Source: Lysobacterales bacterium (lineage in GTDB: Bacteria; Pseudomonadota; Gammaproteobacteria; Xanthomonadales; SZUA-36). From it: a stretch of 53,765 nt of DNA. Location of the stretch: the NCBI GenBank assembly GCA_026196445.1, contig JAPHTE010000293.1, positions 1-53,765 on the forward strand, given 5' to 3'. Shown in pieces: positions 1 to 9,819 of this stretch; within the stretch, counting starts at the first letter, position 1, and every line of letters starts with the position of its first letter. A program made the translations under genes and the position numbers. Under the pieces are notes generated by a model. It saw nothing but the letters and a program-made list of their open reading frames with translations. It had not been told where the DNA came from and ran no database searches.

Positions 1-3000
1 ACGGTGCCCTGGCCGGCGCTTTCCGTCCAGCTGTTGAGCTGGTCACAGCCCTGTTCCAGCGCCTCGATGGCCGAAACCGACGGTGGAAGCAACTGGCCAG
101 CGATACGCTCAAGCAGGGTCTCCATCGAATGGCTCAGGTCGCCCAGCGCGATCAGGCCAGCCATGCGCGCTCCGCCCTTGAAGGTGTGGATCTCACGCTG
201 CAGGTTCTGCACGATGGCGAGGTCCGGCAGGTTGTCTCGCCAGGTGTTGAGCAGGGAGTCGCAACGCTCGAGAATAAGCGTGGCTTCCTCGAGGAAAATA
301 TCCACGATGTCCGTGTCGATCGGCTCGGCTTCAGGTTTGTCTTCAGCGTGCTCGGTTTCTTCTTCGTATTCGGTGGCTTCCTCGATGGGTTCGTCAGCCG
401 TTACCGCTTCTTCAGTCTCGGTCGGCTCGTAAGTACGTTGCCTGGCAGCCGCCTTGTACTCGGTGGTGAGTGCCCGCAGTTGTTCGATTTGCTGGTCCGC
501 GTCGTCCGCCAGTTCGGCATCACTATCACCCTCGTGGATGGCCAGGCAGGATTCCAGTTGCGCAACTCCGGCTGCGACCGCCCACATGGCCATATCGTGG
601 AAGGGCATACCGCTGTCGCGTTGGATGTCGAGAAAATCACTCAGGGCCTTGGCGATTTCAGGTTCCCGGCCCAACGGGTTCAGTCCAACCGTTCCAGCCA
701 CGCTGTGGGCAGCGTGAATTTGGTCATCGCTGATGGAATGGGATCGATCCATCGATATCTGCTCGACCAGACCCTTGAGTAATCCAAGATATGTCCTCAG
801 CTCCGTGCGCACCAGTTCATTCAGGTCGGGTTCGTCATCCGCCTCGACCTGGAGCGTCTCACCGCCCGGCAGTAGTGCGGCGAGGAACGGGGGCAGGGTC
901 TCGAGCAACGGCGCCCAGTCGATGGCGTTTTCATGGGCCAATTGGTCTATGTTCTGTTCGATGGCAGCCAGGCCCCCGGCATCCAGCTCGGTGGGCTCCT
1001 GCAACAGACGTTGGCGCAGCGCCGGCAACACGGCCTGTGACAGCTTCAGCACGATGGCAACGTCATCAATGGCCTTGACGCGGGTCTCCAGCACTCCGTT
1101 GAGCAGCGCCTCGACATGCCAGGCGTAGTCGCCCAGCTCAACCGCACCCACCATGCGGCCACTGCCCTTGAGTGTATGGTAGCCGCGGCGGATCTCGGTG
1201 AGCAGGCCAAGGTTCTCCCGGTCTTGTTGCCAGCGAGGCAATTGTTCTTTCAACATACCGGTGACGGCTTCGTACTCTTCCAGGAATACCGCTGTCAACT
1301 CGGGATCGAGTTCAGAAGTGGTGCCGGCCGCGCTTGTCCCGGTCATTTCTTCAGCCGGGGCCTGGACTGCCTCGACCACTTCCATTTCACCGACAGGTAA
1401 GCGTTCGAGGCGTTCCTTGAGAATTCCGAGGAAGCGCTCGCGGTTGCGTTGCTGGTCACGGCAACCGGCCAGGTAAAGTTCGAGCGCCGCGACTGCGTCT
1501 GTTACGGCTTCCAGCTTGCCGGGGTCGATGGTCGCCTCGGACCTGGAGACACGCAGCAAGTTGGCCAGCGCGTTACGCAGCTTGATGGCCTGGCTGGCGG
1601 TGTCCGCTTCGCCGATCAGCTCCAGCGCACCGGCGATATGCTCCATCGCCGTGGTGTAATCCGCATCCAGGTCGCCCTCAAAATACTGGCGCACGGCATC
1701 CTGTACCTGGTGCAGGCTGACAACGGTTTCATCGAGCAGGTGTGACCTGATGCGGCGCAGTTCGTGACCCGGCAGACCAGTGAATATTGGTGACTGGTCC
1801 TCGGGCAAGGGTTCACCGAGGGTGGAAATCTGTTCCTCGAGGACGGATTCCACCTGGATCAGTTGTTCCGCCAGTTCCATCAGCAAAGATTCGCGGGAAC
1901 GTTGGTCAGGATCCTGTTCGGGGTCTTCGCTGGCGTCGAAGGCCGGCATCAGTTTTTCTATGGAACGGGCGGAGTCGGCCAGACCCATCATTTTCAGGGT
2001 GTCTTGCAGTCTCAGCAGGGCTTCGTGGCTTTGTTCACGCCTGCCGGTTTCGATCGTGCCGGTCCTGAGCTCGAGGTCCAGGGCGTCCTTGACCAGGGAT
2101 AATTCATCGCGCACGGCGGAACCGAGTGACAGGTACAGTTCACGATTACGGCCGGTCACTGCGCCGCGGGCGCGCACCAGCACGTCGCGGTCCGGTACCA
2201 ATTCCTGTAACTGGAAGCGTTCCTTGAGCTTGTCGACACTGGCACTGCCCGACTTGGCCTGCGCGATATGGAACAGCAGGGCTTGCGACACGGCGTTGGC
2301 CGAATGTTCCTCGACCGCATCCTCGCCGCCTTCGGCCAGTGTCTTGATGATCAGGTGTAGCCTGGCGAACAGGCGCCGCAGGTGGATGTCGTTCTCGGTG
2401 ACCTTGTCCAGTAGTCCACCGATAACCTCACCAGCGATCCACCATAGCCGTTTCAAGTCGAGCCGTTCCACCCTGCGTTGCAGGGTTTCACATACCGAAT
2501 GCAGGGGCGACAGGCGTTCCGCATCTTGCTGGTGTTGCAACCAGCGTAGCAGGGCGTTTTCCCACTGGCGCCGCATACGCAACGCAAATTCCTGGAACGG
2601 TTCATCAAACGCCGGACCGTGTTCCTCGTCCGGCTCCAATTCGGGCAAGGCCACGTCCAGCTCGGGGGCGAACAGCGTGGCCTCCGAAACGATATTGGCG
2701 TTGTAAGCCTCGCGTAACTCATTGATGACGGGCAACAAAAGGACGGGCAAGTCGTGGTGGCCGGCCTGCAGGCGGTCCAGGTAGGACGGCACCACTACGA
2801 CGGCGTCCATCAATGCGCTGTAAGCCTTCTGGCGGTCGCGGATATTATGCCGCCGCAGTTCGTCACACACGGTAATCATTTCTTCGACCACCAACGTGGC
2901 GCCTTGCAGCACCAGCGCTTCGAACGTGAACTTGAGCTGGGTCAGGTGTTCGGCCGTGTTGTCGACAGCGTCCCCGATATAGGTGCTACTGGCGATATGT

Positions 3001-3095
3001 TCGATCTGGGTGCGGATCTGGGTCAGGTGCTTGTCCAGGTCCGGTCGCACCCAGGTCAGGGTAGTGCTGACGTTCGAGGCGTCGAGCAGCATCAT
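1..3095 (-). CDS. chpA: ChpA/PilL-type CheA-like hybrid histidine kinase of the Pil-Chp system; N-terminal ~1031 codons only, the gene continues past the left edge of the window
   Basis: Absent from the ORF track because no stop codon lies in the window. My manual minus-strand translation from ATGATG at 3095 stays open and ends in the same frame at position 5. It shows repeated Hpt-type motifs: EIRRGYHTLKGSGRMVG at about 1152-1196, LQREIHTFKGGARMAGL at about 151-210, and QIHAAHSVAGT at about 691-730. The gene lies directly downstream of pilJ, as in known pil-chp clusters. Confidence 0.85.
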   Translation of the reverse strand, partial: MMLLDASNVSTTLTWVRPDLDKHLTQIRTQIEHIASSTYIGDAVDNTAEHLTQLKFTFEALVLQGATLVVEEMITVCDELRRHNIRDRQKAYSALMDAVVVVPSYLDRLQAGHHDLPVLLLPVINELREAYNANIVSEATLFAPELDVALPELEPDEEHGPAFDEPFQEFALRMRRQWENALLRWLQHQQDAERLSPLHSVCETLQRRVERLDLKRLWWIAGEVIGGLLDKVTENDIHLRRLFARLHLIIKTLAEGGEDAVEEHSANAVSQALLFHIAQAKSGSASVDKLKERFQLQELVPDRDVLVRARGAVTGRNRELYLSLGSAVRDELSLVKDALDLELRTGTIETGRREQSHEALLRLQDTLKMMGLADSARSIEKLMPAFDASEDPEQDPDQRSRESLLMELAEQLIQVESVLEEQISTLGEPLPEDQSPIFTGLPGHELRRIRSHLLDETVVSLHQVQDAVRQYFEGDLDADYTTAMEHIAGALELIGEADTASQAIKLRNALANLLRVSRSEATIDPGKLEAVTDAVAALELYLAGCRDQQRNRERFLGILKERLERLPVGEMEVVEAVQAPAEEMTGTSAAGTTSELDPELTAVFLEEYEAVTGMLKEQLPRWQQDRENLGLLTEIRRGYHTLKGSGRMVGAVELGDYAWHVEALLNGVLETRVKAIDDVAIVLKLSQAVLPALRQRLLQEPTELDAGGLAAIEQNIDQLAHENAIDWAPLLETLPPFLAALLPGGETLQVEADDEPDLNELVRTELRTYLGLLKGLVEQISMDRSHSISDDQIHAAHSVAGTVGLNPLGREPEIAKALSDFLDIQRDSGMPFHDMAMWAVAAGVAQLESCLAIHEGDSDAELADDADQQIEQLRALTTEYKAAARQRTYEPTETEEAVTADEPIEEATEYEEETEHAEDKPEAEPIDTDIVDIFLEEATLILERCDSLLNTWRDNLPDLAIVQNLQREIHTFKGGARMAGLIALGDLSHSMETLLERIAGQLLPPSVSAIEALEQGCDQLNSWTESAGQGT

Positions 3096-3153
3096 GTCAA
3101 CAGCGCTCCTGCCGCATATGCATGGTGCCCGGTCTGGCGTGTGTCGCGGTCAT

Positions 3154-5208
3154 TCAGTCGTCTTCCGGCAACTTGAAATCGGTGACGGAATCACTCAGTT
3201 GCATCACCAGTTCAGCCAGTTCCTCGACGGAATCGGCCACCCGGGTACTGCTTTGTGATGCCTTTACAGAAACTTCCTGCACGCTCTTCATCAGTTTTGA
3301 GATCTTGGTGGCGGTGGCCGATTGGGACTGGGCCTCTTCCGAAATACCGGCAATCATCGTCGCCAATTCCTTGGACACCGTTTCGATCTGTTCGAGCGCG
3401 GTACCGGCGTCTTCTGCCAGGCGCGCGCCAGTGACGACCTCGGTGGTGGTCGATTCCATGGATTCCACTGCCTCGGCGGTGTCGGCCTGGATGGTCTGGA
3501 CCAGTGTACTGATCCTGCGCGTTGCGTTGGTGGCGCTTTCCGCCAGTTGCTGGACTTCGTCCGCCACCACGGCAAAGCCCTTACCGGCGCCGCCTGCGGA
3601 GGCGGCCTGGATGGCGGCATTGAGCGCCAGCACGTTGGTCTGTTCCGCGATGCCGTTGATTAACCCGACAATGTCACCGATCTCCTGGGTGGATTCACCG
3701 AGGCGCTTGATACGCTTGGAAGTCTGCTGGATCTGCTCACGGATGGTGTCCATGCCGCTGATGGTTTCACGAACTTTCTCACCACCGGTATGGGCAATTT
3801 CCACCGAATTGCCCGCCGCGTGACTGGATTCGCTTGAGCGCGTGGCCATGGTGTCGAATGAATGGGCCATTTTCTCAACGGACTCGGTCGCTGCACCAAT
3901 CTGTTCGGCCTGCTCGGTCGCCGCTTTGGCCAGATCTGATGTCGAGGCGCGCGTGTCCATGGCCGAGCCGGCCACCTCCTGGGAGGTGTACTTGATACCC
4001 TTGACCAGTTCCCGCAGCTGTTCGATCGCGTAGTTGATCGAGTCCGCGATGGCACCGGTGATGTCCTCGGTGACCGAGGCCTGGACCGTCAGGTCGCCGT
4101 CGGCCAATGAACTCATCTCATCCAGCAACTTGAGGATAGCTTGCTGGTTCTTCTTGTTGATCCGGGCCGCGACCTTGCCGCGGCGGCGTTCTGCCGACAT
4201 GAATGAATAGACCAGTATGCAGACCATGAAGACCATGCCGATCAATCCGACGATCGCGGTGATTTGCGATGGCCACAAACGTGTCTCTGGTATTTCTGCA
4301 ATGGCTTTTTTCAGATTGGCCGCTTCAATGAATACGTCCCGGCTGTCGAGAAAGATCTCGTCAGCGGCACCGCGTACCTCAAACAGGTCACTGGAAGAGT
4401 CGAGGATGGCATTGATCTGCGGCTTGATGGTCTCAAACAGGGCCTGGACCTTACCTAGAGACTGCAGCGCCTGGGAATTGCGTACCTGGGTGATACCAAG
4501 CTTGGTATTGCCACGCAGCAGGGCGTTGAGCACCTGGTCGAACTGGTCACGTTCCCGGCTGAGGTTATCGGCAGCGCCAACCGCTTTGCTGCCGCCCTGC
4601 AGTATTTCGGATACGTGACGCAATATGCGTTCCGCCAACACCAGTTGGCGGTTGGCGGACACGACCTGGTTGGTCGGTGCGCCACTTTGGGTCAGGGCGC
4701 GGATACTGGCGTCCGTGTTTTGCTGGATGTCCGGTATGTTCTCCTGCACGGTGTTACGCGCCGAGGCCAGTTCCAGCACCAGGTTTTCGCGCTCCAAAAT
4801 GCTGCCAGCATTGGTGCTCATACGGTCCCAGGTCAGGTTCAACTGTCGCATCGGGACATCGATGACCAGTGGTGTAGGCGGCAGGCCGGTCGCAACGGAA
4901 CCGGAGCGCAGCTTACTCATCGCTGAAGTGATTTTCCCGCTGGAATTACCCAGTTCCAGAAAGGCATCGAGATTGCCTGCGGCCGCCTCGCCGGCCGACT
5001 TTGCCAGTTGCTGGGACGTGACCTGGACATCGGTGGTCAACGAGATCCATTCCTGCTCGTAACGTGTGTTCTGCGTCAGGGAATAAAACGTGATGGCGAC
5101 AAATACCAGGGAAATGATCAACAGGCCGGTCGCCAGGAAAACGCCCCAGGAGCGCTGGTTTTTTACTTTGGGCTGTATGTTTTGCATCCTGTTACCCCGT
5201 GTGCTCAT
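3154..5208 (-). CDS. pilJ: Methyl-accepting chemotaxis protein PilJ (type IV pilus chemoreceptor)
   Basis: 684-aa ORF with an N-terminal TM segment, a second TM segment, and the HAMP-like [15 protein letters not shown]. It carries the highly conserved MCP signalling core ([59 protein letters not shown]) and is close to P. aeruginosa PilJ along its length. Its ATG overlaps the pilI stop (ATGA). Confidence 0.93.
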   Translation of the reverse strand: MSTRGNRMQNIQPKVKNQRSWGVFLATGLLIISLVFVAITFYSLTQNTRYEQEWISLTTDVQVTSQQLAKSAGEAAAGNLDAFLELGNSSGKITSAMSKLRSGSVATGLPPTPLVIDVPMRQLNLTWDRMSTNAGSILERENLVLELASARNTVQENIPDIQQNTDASIRALTQSGAPTNQVVSANRQLVLAERILRHVSEILQGGSKAVGAADNLSRERDQFDQVLNALLRGNTKLGITQVRNSQALQSLGKVQALFETIKPQINAILDSSSDLFEVRGAADEIFLDSRDVFIEAANLKKAIAEIPETRLWPSQITAIVGLIGMVFMVCILVYSFMSAERRRGKVAARINKKNQQAILKLLDEMSSLADGDLTVQASVTEDITGAIADSINYAIEQLRELVKGIKYTSQEVAGSAMDTRASTSDLAKAATEQAEQIGAATESVEKMAHSFDTMATRSSESSHAAGNSVEIAHTGGEKVRETISGMDTIREQIQQTSKRIKRLGESTQEIGDIVGLINGIAEQTNVLALNAAIQAASAGGAGKGFAVVADEVQQLAESATNATRRISTLVQTIQADTAEAVESMESTTTEVVTGARLAEDAGTALEQIETVSKELATMIAGISEEAQSQSATATKISKLMKSVQEVSVKASQSSTRVADSVEELAELVMQLSDSVTDFKLPEDD

Positions 5209-5753
5209 GCGGCTGCGCCATTCAGAAATTCAGGTGTGGAAAACAAGGTGTCCATGTCGAACTCCCGCCACACATCCTTACCGGAGCGGTATTGCTTGTG
5301 CACGAAACTTTTAAATGGTGAATTTTTTGGCAGGCGCGCGCGGGCGCTTTCCCCGGTGACAAAGTGGCGCTGGCCAAACACTTCGTCCACCAGCAGGCCA
5401 ACCGGCCGGCCACGCAGGCTGGCGGCCAGCAAGCGGGTCCGCATGGAGACTTTTGAGCGTTTGCCGTGCAGAAACCAGGCCAGGTCGATGACGGTCAGCA
5501 GGTCACCGTGCACATTGGCCAGGCCGAGTATCCATGGCTTGGTGCCGGGCACCGGTGTAAAAGCGGGAATAGGCAGGAATTCATGTACCTGCGCGACGTT
5601 GCAGGCCAGGCGTTCCTTGCCGATCCGAAAAATGACACCCACCCATTCGCCACCGTGCAGATGCCCGGTGGCCTGGCCCGGTTCGAAGTCACGACTGCGT
5701 TGCTCGTAATCCTGCAGCTTGGCAAACGATGTATTGATGCCGGTCATGAGCAT
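5205..5753 (-). CDS. pilI: CheW-like coupling protein PilI
   Basis: 182-aa ORF with CheW-fold motifs ([24 protein letters not shown]). It lies between pilG and pilJ and is translationally coupled to pilJ. Confidence 0.88.
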   Translation of the reverse strand: MLMTGINTSFAKLQDYEQRSRDFEPGQATGHLHGGEWVGVIFRIGKERLACNVAQVHEFLPIPAFTPVPGTKPWILGLANVHGDLLTVIDLAWFLHGKRSKVSMRTRLLAASLRGRPVGLLVDEVFGQRHFVTGESARARLPKNSPFKSFVHKQYRSGKDVWREFDMDTLFSTPEFLNGAAA

Positions 5754-5806
5754 GAACCCCGTGAATTGTCAGTCGTTGTTAAAGGCGGCACCGATAGATG
5801 CACTTA

Positions 5807-6232
5807 TCAGCTTGCTGCGTGCTGTTTGACCGCACTCAACAATTCTTCACGTGTAAAGGGCTTGGTCAGGTACTGGTCTGAACCGACCACGCGGCCGCGT
5901 GCCATGTCGAACAGACCGTCTTTACTGGTCAGCATAACGACTGGCGTGTCCCGAAATTCGACATTGTTCTTGATGATTGCGCAGGTTTGGTAGCCATCCA
6001 GGCGCGGCATCATGATGTCGACAAATATCAGGTTGGGCCGGTGGCGGGTAATTTTGGAGAGGGCCTCGAAACCATTTTCAGCAGTGATGACTTCGCAGCC
6101 TTCACTGGACAACATGGTTTCGGCAGAACGCCGGATGGTAGCACTGTCATCGACCACCAAGACCCGTAGCTTCTTGTTCTCAGCGGGGCTTTCGCCAGCA
6201 CCCGCGTCCGTATTCAATTGTTCCTGGCTCAT
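5807..6232 (-). CDS. pilG: Single-domain CheY-like response regulator PilG
   Basis: The REC domain (LRVLVVDDSATIRRSAETML...FVDIMMPRLDGYQTCAIIKNN...SKDGLFDMARGRVVGSDQYLTKPFTREELL) is nearly colinear with P. aeruginosa PilG. The track ORF extends to 6523, but the extra 97 residues are not REC-like. I place the start at the ATG at 6232 (MSQEQ...). Confidence 0.9.
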   Translation of the reverse strand: MSQEQLNTDAGAGESPAENKKLRVLVVDDSATIRRSAETMLSSEGCEVITAENGFEALSKITRHRPNLIFVDIMMPRLDGYQTCAIIKNNVEFRDTPVVMLTSKDGLFDMARGRVVGSDQYLTKPFTREELLSAVKQHAAS

Positions 6233-6502
6233 ATTTTCTTCCCTGGTTTTGCGACTTGTGCAATGATTCCCTTCGCTGCTCAGCGCCCGGCGGTAGGGCA
6301 ATAGCCGATGCCCGATTTGATGCCGTACTTTTAGTTTACCCTTAGAAAAGAGAGGTTTCCACCACGTTTCTAAATAACTGGTACGGGTTTCAATGCACCC
6401 GAAGCGTCCTGCTCGAAGTATTGCCCAGAGCAAGGTAACTGGATTCGGACACCGCGGCACCTGATAATAGAATGATAGCGGAAATGGATTAAACCACATG
6501 AA

Positions 6503-7468
6503 ATGGACACTGCAATGCCGCAAGGATTAAAAACCGGTGTAATCATGGATCCGATTGCCGGGATCAAAACTTACAAGGACTCCACCTTCGCCATGCTGTT
6601 GGAAGCGCAGCGGCGCGGGCACACCTTGCACTACATGGAAGCGGGCAGGCTGTTTGTTGCCGACGGCCACTTGATGGCTTCGATGCAGTTGCTGGAAGTG
6701 CGTGACGACCCCCACGACTGGTTTAGCCTGGAGACTGCAGACATAACGGCAGTGGACGCACTGGATATCGTGCTGATGCGTAAGGATCCGCCGTTCGACA
6801 TGGACTATATCTACGCGACTTATATGCTGGAACTGGCCGAGAAGGCGGGCGCCCTGGTTATCAACAGGCCACAGAGCCTGCGTGATGCCAACGAGAAGTT
6901 CTTTATCAGCAACTTCCCCCAGTGTTGCGTGCCGATGATCGTGGGCAGCCAGTCCGGGTTAATCCGCGATTTCGTCAGGACACACGGCCGCTGCGTGGTG
7001 AAGCCGCTGGACGGCATGGGCGGTGAATCCATTTTCCAGGTCAGCGACAAGGACCCGAACCTGAATGTCATCCTCGAAACCATCACCCGCCACGATACCC
7101 GTGCGGTTATGGCGCAACGCTATATCGATGAAATTTCCAGTGGTGACAAGCGAATCCTGATCGTAGACGGTGAGCCGGTCCCGTTCGCTCTGGCCCGTTT
7201 CCCCGGGCAAGGCGATTTTCGCGGCAACCTGGCCAAGGGAGGTAGCAGCAAGGGCATGCCGCTGAGCGAAAGGGACCGCTGGATCTGTTCGCAGGTCGCG
7301 CCGGAACTAAAACAAAGGGGCATCCTGTTCGCGGGACTGGATGTCATCGGTGACTGGCTGACCGAGGTCAACGTCACCAGCCCAACCTGTATCCGCGAGC
7401 TGGATGCGGAATACAGCCTGAACATCGCCGGGCAGTTATTTGATGCGGCCGAGGAGAGACTCCCGTAA
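6503..7468 (+). CDS. gshB: Glutathione synthetase (ATP-grasp)
   Basis: 321-aa ORF colinear with E. coli GshB (VIMDPIAGIKTYKDSTFAMLLEAQRRGH, LMRKDPPFDMDYIYATYMLE, KPLDGMGGESIF, GDKRILIVDGEPVP, NVTSPTCIRE). The start could instead be the ATG at 6515. It is divergent from pilG, as in Pseudomonas. Confidence 0.95.
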   Translation: MDTAMPQGLKTGVIMDPIAGIKTYKDSTFAMLLEAQRRGHTLHYMEAGRLFVADGHLMASMQLLEVRDDPHDWFSLETADITAVDALDIVLMRKDPPFDMDYIYATYMLELAEKAGALVINRPQSLRDANEKFFISNFPQCCVPMIVGSQSGLIRDFVRTHGRCVVKPLDGMGGESIFQVSDKDPNLNVILETITRHDTRAVMAQRYIDEISSGDKRILIVDGEPVPFALARFPGQGDFRGNLAKGGSSKGMPLSERDRWICSQVAPELKQRGILFAGLDVIGDWLTEVNVTSPTCIRELDAEYSLNIAGQLFDAAEERLP

Positions 7469-7470
7469 CG

Positions 7471-8331
7471 ATGTACACCATCCACACCAGCAATGACCGG
7501 TTTGCTGTAAGTATTGTGATGGCGCTTGGTTTGCACGCTACAGTCTTGCTGGGGGTTGGTTTCATACTCGACTTCAAACCACTCACTCACCCGCTGGACA
7601 CCCTTGACGTGGTGCTGGTCAACTGGCAATCGGAGACCAAGCCCGAACAGGCCGACTTTCTCGCCCAGGCGTCGCAGAAGGGCGGCGGGGAATCGCTGGA
7701 GGCCGTCGAGCCGTCGCAGGAACACGCCGGGACTTCGCCCGGGCGCGCCGACGGCATGGATCCAGTGGACCAGGTCGAGCAGTTTTCCAGCGTTGCCGAT
7801 GCAGCCCGCGAGCAACTGCTCATTGAGGATGACGATTCCGAATTTTCGCAGCAAATTACCCGTATCGAGCAGGCGGAGCAGCCTCAGCCGAGTGCGGCGT
7901 TGCTGATGCAGGACAGCATGAGAATGGCCAGGCTGCAGCCCGGGGTTGAGCGCAGGCAGACGGCAAAATCCAAACTGCCGCGGCGCAAATGGATTTCGGC
8001 CAATACGCACCAATACGAGTATGCGGCCTATATGCAGGCCTGGGTCGCCAAGGTCGAGCGGGTCGGGAACCTCAATTACCCCGAGGAAATCCGGCGGCAG
8101 AAATTGGTCGGTGAGCTGATTATGACGGTGGCCATTCGCCAGGACGGAAGCGTTGAGAGCATCGATATCAGCAAGAGTTCGGGAAAAACCCAGCTGGACC
8201 AGGCTGCGATCAGGATCGTGCGCCTGGCCGGGCCTTATTCACCGCTGCCGCAGAACATCAGCGATGACGTGGATGTTTTGCACATCACTCGCACCTGGCG
8301 GTTCTCACGTGATTTCAGGGGCCTCAATTAA
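7471..8331 (+). CDS. tonB: TonB-family energy-transduction protein (TonB3-like genomic position)
   Basis: 286-aa ORF with an N-terminal TM helix, an acidic/Pro-poor linker, and a TonB C-terminal domain signature (YPEEIRRQKLVGELIMTVAIRQDGSVESIDISKSSGKTQLDQAAIRIVRLAGPYSPLP). It starts 3 nt after the gshB stop. Confidence 0.8.
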   Translation: MYTIHTSNDRFAVSIVMALGLHATVLLGVGFILDFKPLTHPLDTLDVVLVNWQSETKPEQADFLAQASQKGGGESLEAVEPSQEHAGTSPGRADGMDPVDQVEQFSSVADAAREQLLIEDDDSEFSQQITRIEQAEQPQPSAALLMQDSMRMARLQPGVERRQTAKSKLPRRKWISANTHQYEYAAYMQAWVAKVERVGNLNYPEEIRRQKLVGELIMTVAIRQDGSVESIDISKSSGKTQLDQAAIRIVRLAGPYSPLPQNISDDVDVLHITRTWRFSRDFRGLN

Positions 8332-8398
8332 CAGGCCCGCATACTGCATGAAGATCATGACCCCGACTTGGCTTGAAAAGACCGCCCGAGGGATTAAT

Positions 8399-8989
8399 AT
8401 GCAAGGTATGAGCGAAACACCCCAAGACGTGGTCAGCGGTTACCTGCAGGAACAGCTGCTGATCGCCATGCCCGCCATGGCGGATCCGAATTTTTCGCGC
8501 AGCGTGACGCTGTTGTGCCAACACAACGAGGAAGGCGCAATCGGGATCACCATCAACCGCCGGTCTGACTTCACCCTCGGTGAATTGTTGTTCCAGTTGA
8601 AAATACCTTGTGAGAATGAACAGGTATCCTCCATCGCCGTGTTGGAGGGCGGGCCGGTGAGCCGCGATCACGGTTTTGTATTGCACACGCCTATGGACGG
8701 GTTTAACTCCAGCGTCATGATCAATGAAGACATCATGGTTACGACTTCGCGGGATATCATCACGGCGATTGCCACCGGGAAGGGCCCGGAACAATTCCTT
8801 GTGGCGCTGGGTTACGCGGGCTGGGGAGATGGACAACTGGAATCGGAGATGCGTCAAAACGCCTGGCTGTCGGTGCCTGTGGATACGGGCATCGTGTTCG
8901 ATACCGCGCTCGATAGCCGCTGGGAACAGGCCGTGGGTAAGCTCGGCATCAACATCGGCGACCTGCACGGGGTCGGCGGGTATGCCTGA
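8399..8989 (+). CDS. yqgE: YqgE/AlgH family putative transcriptional regulator
   Basis: Colinear with E. coli YqgE (LLIAMPAMADPNFSRSVTLLCQHNEEGAIGITINR ... GFVLHTP ... ALGYAGWGDGQLESEMRQNAWL). The track ORF begins at 8153 inside tonB. I prefer the ATG at 8399 (or 8408). Confidence 0.88.
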   Translation: MQGMSETPQDVVSGYLQEQLLIAMPAMADPNFSRSVTLLCQHNEEGAIGITINRRSDFTLGELLFQLKIPCENEQVSSIAVLEGGPVSRDHGFVLHTPMDGFNSSVMINEDIMVTTSRDIITAIATGKGPEQFLVALGYAGWGDGQLESEMRQNAWLSVPVDTGIVFDTALDSRWEQAVGKLGINIGDLHGVGGYA

Positions 8990-9434
8990 TGAAAGCGGCC
9001 AGCTGACAGGTACCTTGCTGGCATTCGATTTTGGTCACCGGCGTATTGGCGTGGCCGTTGGACAGACATTTACGGGTTCGGCCAATGCGCTGGCGGTGGT
9101 TTCTGTTTCAAGCCGGCCGGACTGGCAGACCATCACCAACATTGTCGGGGAATGGAAGCCGGTGGCCTTGATCGTGGGCTTGCCGCTGGCGGCAGACGGT
9201 AGTGAAACAGACATGTCGAAGGACGCACGCGGCTTCGGCGCCTCCCTGGCTGACCGGTATGCGATCCCGGTACTGTATGAAGACGAGCGCCTGACTTCGA
9301 TCGGTGCGGACGAACGGTTTTCAGCAGCACGGGCGCAGGGTGGCATGCGCAGGAAAGATGCGGCCATGAAGGACGCCATGGCAGCCCAGATCATCCTTGA
9401 GAACTGGTTGCAATCACGTGACGGTGTTTCCTGA
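8982..9434 (+). CDS. ruvX: Holliday-junction resolvase-like / pre-16S rRNA nuclease RuvX (YqgF)
   Basis: The motif TLLAFDFGHRRIGVAVGQ and the C-terminal ...DERLTS...AAQIILENWL are typical of YqgF. The ATG at 8982 overlaps the yqgE stop by 8 nt. The longer track ORF starting at 8724 is out of context. Confidence 0.88.
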   Translation: MPDESGQLTGTLLAFDFGHRRIGVAVGQTFTGSANALAVVSVSSRPDWQTITNIVGEWKPVALIVGLPLAADGSETDMSKDARGFGASLADRYAIPVLYEDERLTSIGADERFSAARAQGGMRRKDAAMKDAMAAQIILENWLQSRDGVS

Positions 9435-9483
9435 TGCAGGGTGGGCGATATTGGAAAATCAAGTCTTGGATAAAGGACCAGGC

Positions 9484-9530
9484 AAATAAAAACCGCCCCG
9501 CGCCGAAAGAGGGCTAACAGCGTGGGGCGG
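9484..9530 (-). terminator. Rho-independent terminator read on the minus strand
   Basis: On the minus strand the sequence reads CCGCCCCACG-(18 nt)-CGCGGGGCGG followed by TTTTTATTT. On the plus strand the same hairpin has no T-run. It lies about 290 nt downstream of the LytTR regulator stop. Confidence 0.6.
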
Positions 9531-9819
9531 CGGAAGTAAAACCGGGCGCGTCGGTCAGACGATGATCAGGGAGAAAATGTCCCGGTCTTACTTGTTCGAC
9601 AATTCAATACTGTTTGCTTCAATACCTTTGACGCACCAGGTTGCCAATGCGTTACAGGAAATTTCAAGCGGACGTCATCGTCGTGGGCATTCTGACTGCA
9701 CAGCCGTGTTTTGGGTTGTGCCCATAGTCACGGTTTGCGGTGAATGGTTGTAGTACGCCGGTGAAACGAATTTGGCTTGGCCGTAGCGCGTCAGTGGCAG
9801 CGCTGTCTCGCTTCGATTC

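Noticed and set aside
4-2706. A series of + strand ORFs (4..432, 129..782, 733..1128, 1780..2706 and others) with Ser/Arg/Ala-rich translations.
   Set aside because: They lie antisense or out of frame to the minus-strand chpA reading frame. That frame translates into clean Hpt-domain sequence over the whole interval. The compositions are typical of shadow ORFs in GC-rich coding DNA.
5807-6523. N-terminally extended versions of pilG (to 6523), yqgE (from 8153), ruvX (from 8724), the LytTR regulator (to 11034), glnB (from 12502) and the small lipoprotein (from 38966), as given in the ORF track.
   Set aside because: The extensions overlap neighbouring genes or intergenic promoters and add residues absent from the known families. 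Internal starts give canonical N-termini.
7120-8013. Long antisense ORFs opposite well-supported genes (7120..8013, 8324..8968, 24164..25036, 45317..46072, 46796..47536, 47573..48319, 49874..50497, 50209..50844, 29306..29950).
   Set aside because: Each overlaps a gene with strong homology-type evidence on the other strand (tonB/gshB, yqgE, hemW, the DAACS transporter, glnS, the M48 peptidase, mrcA). The translations are R/G/P/L/H-rich with no recognisable motifs, signal peptides or SD-linked starts.
9562-9753. A 63-aa + strand ORF in the ruvX / LytTR-regulator intergenic region.
   Set aside because: It has no SD and an implausible composition. It lies in a region that appears to be transcribed from the opposite strand, since the terminator orientation is minus.
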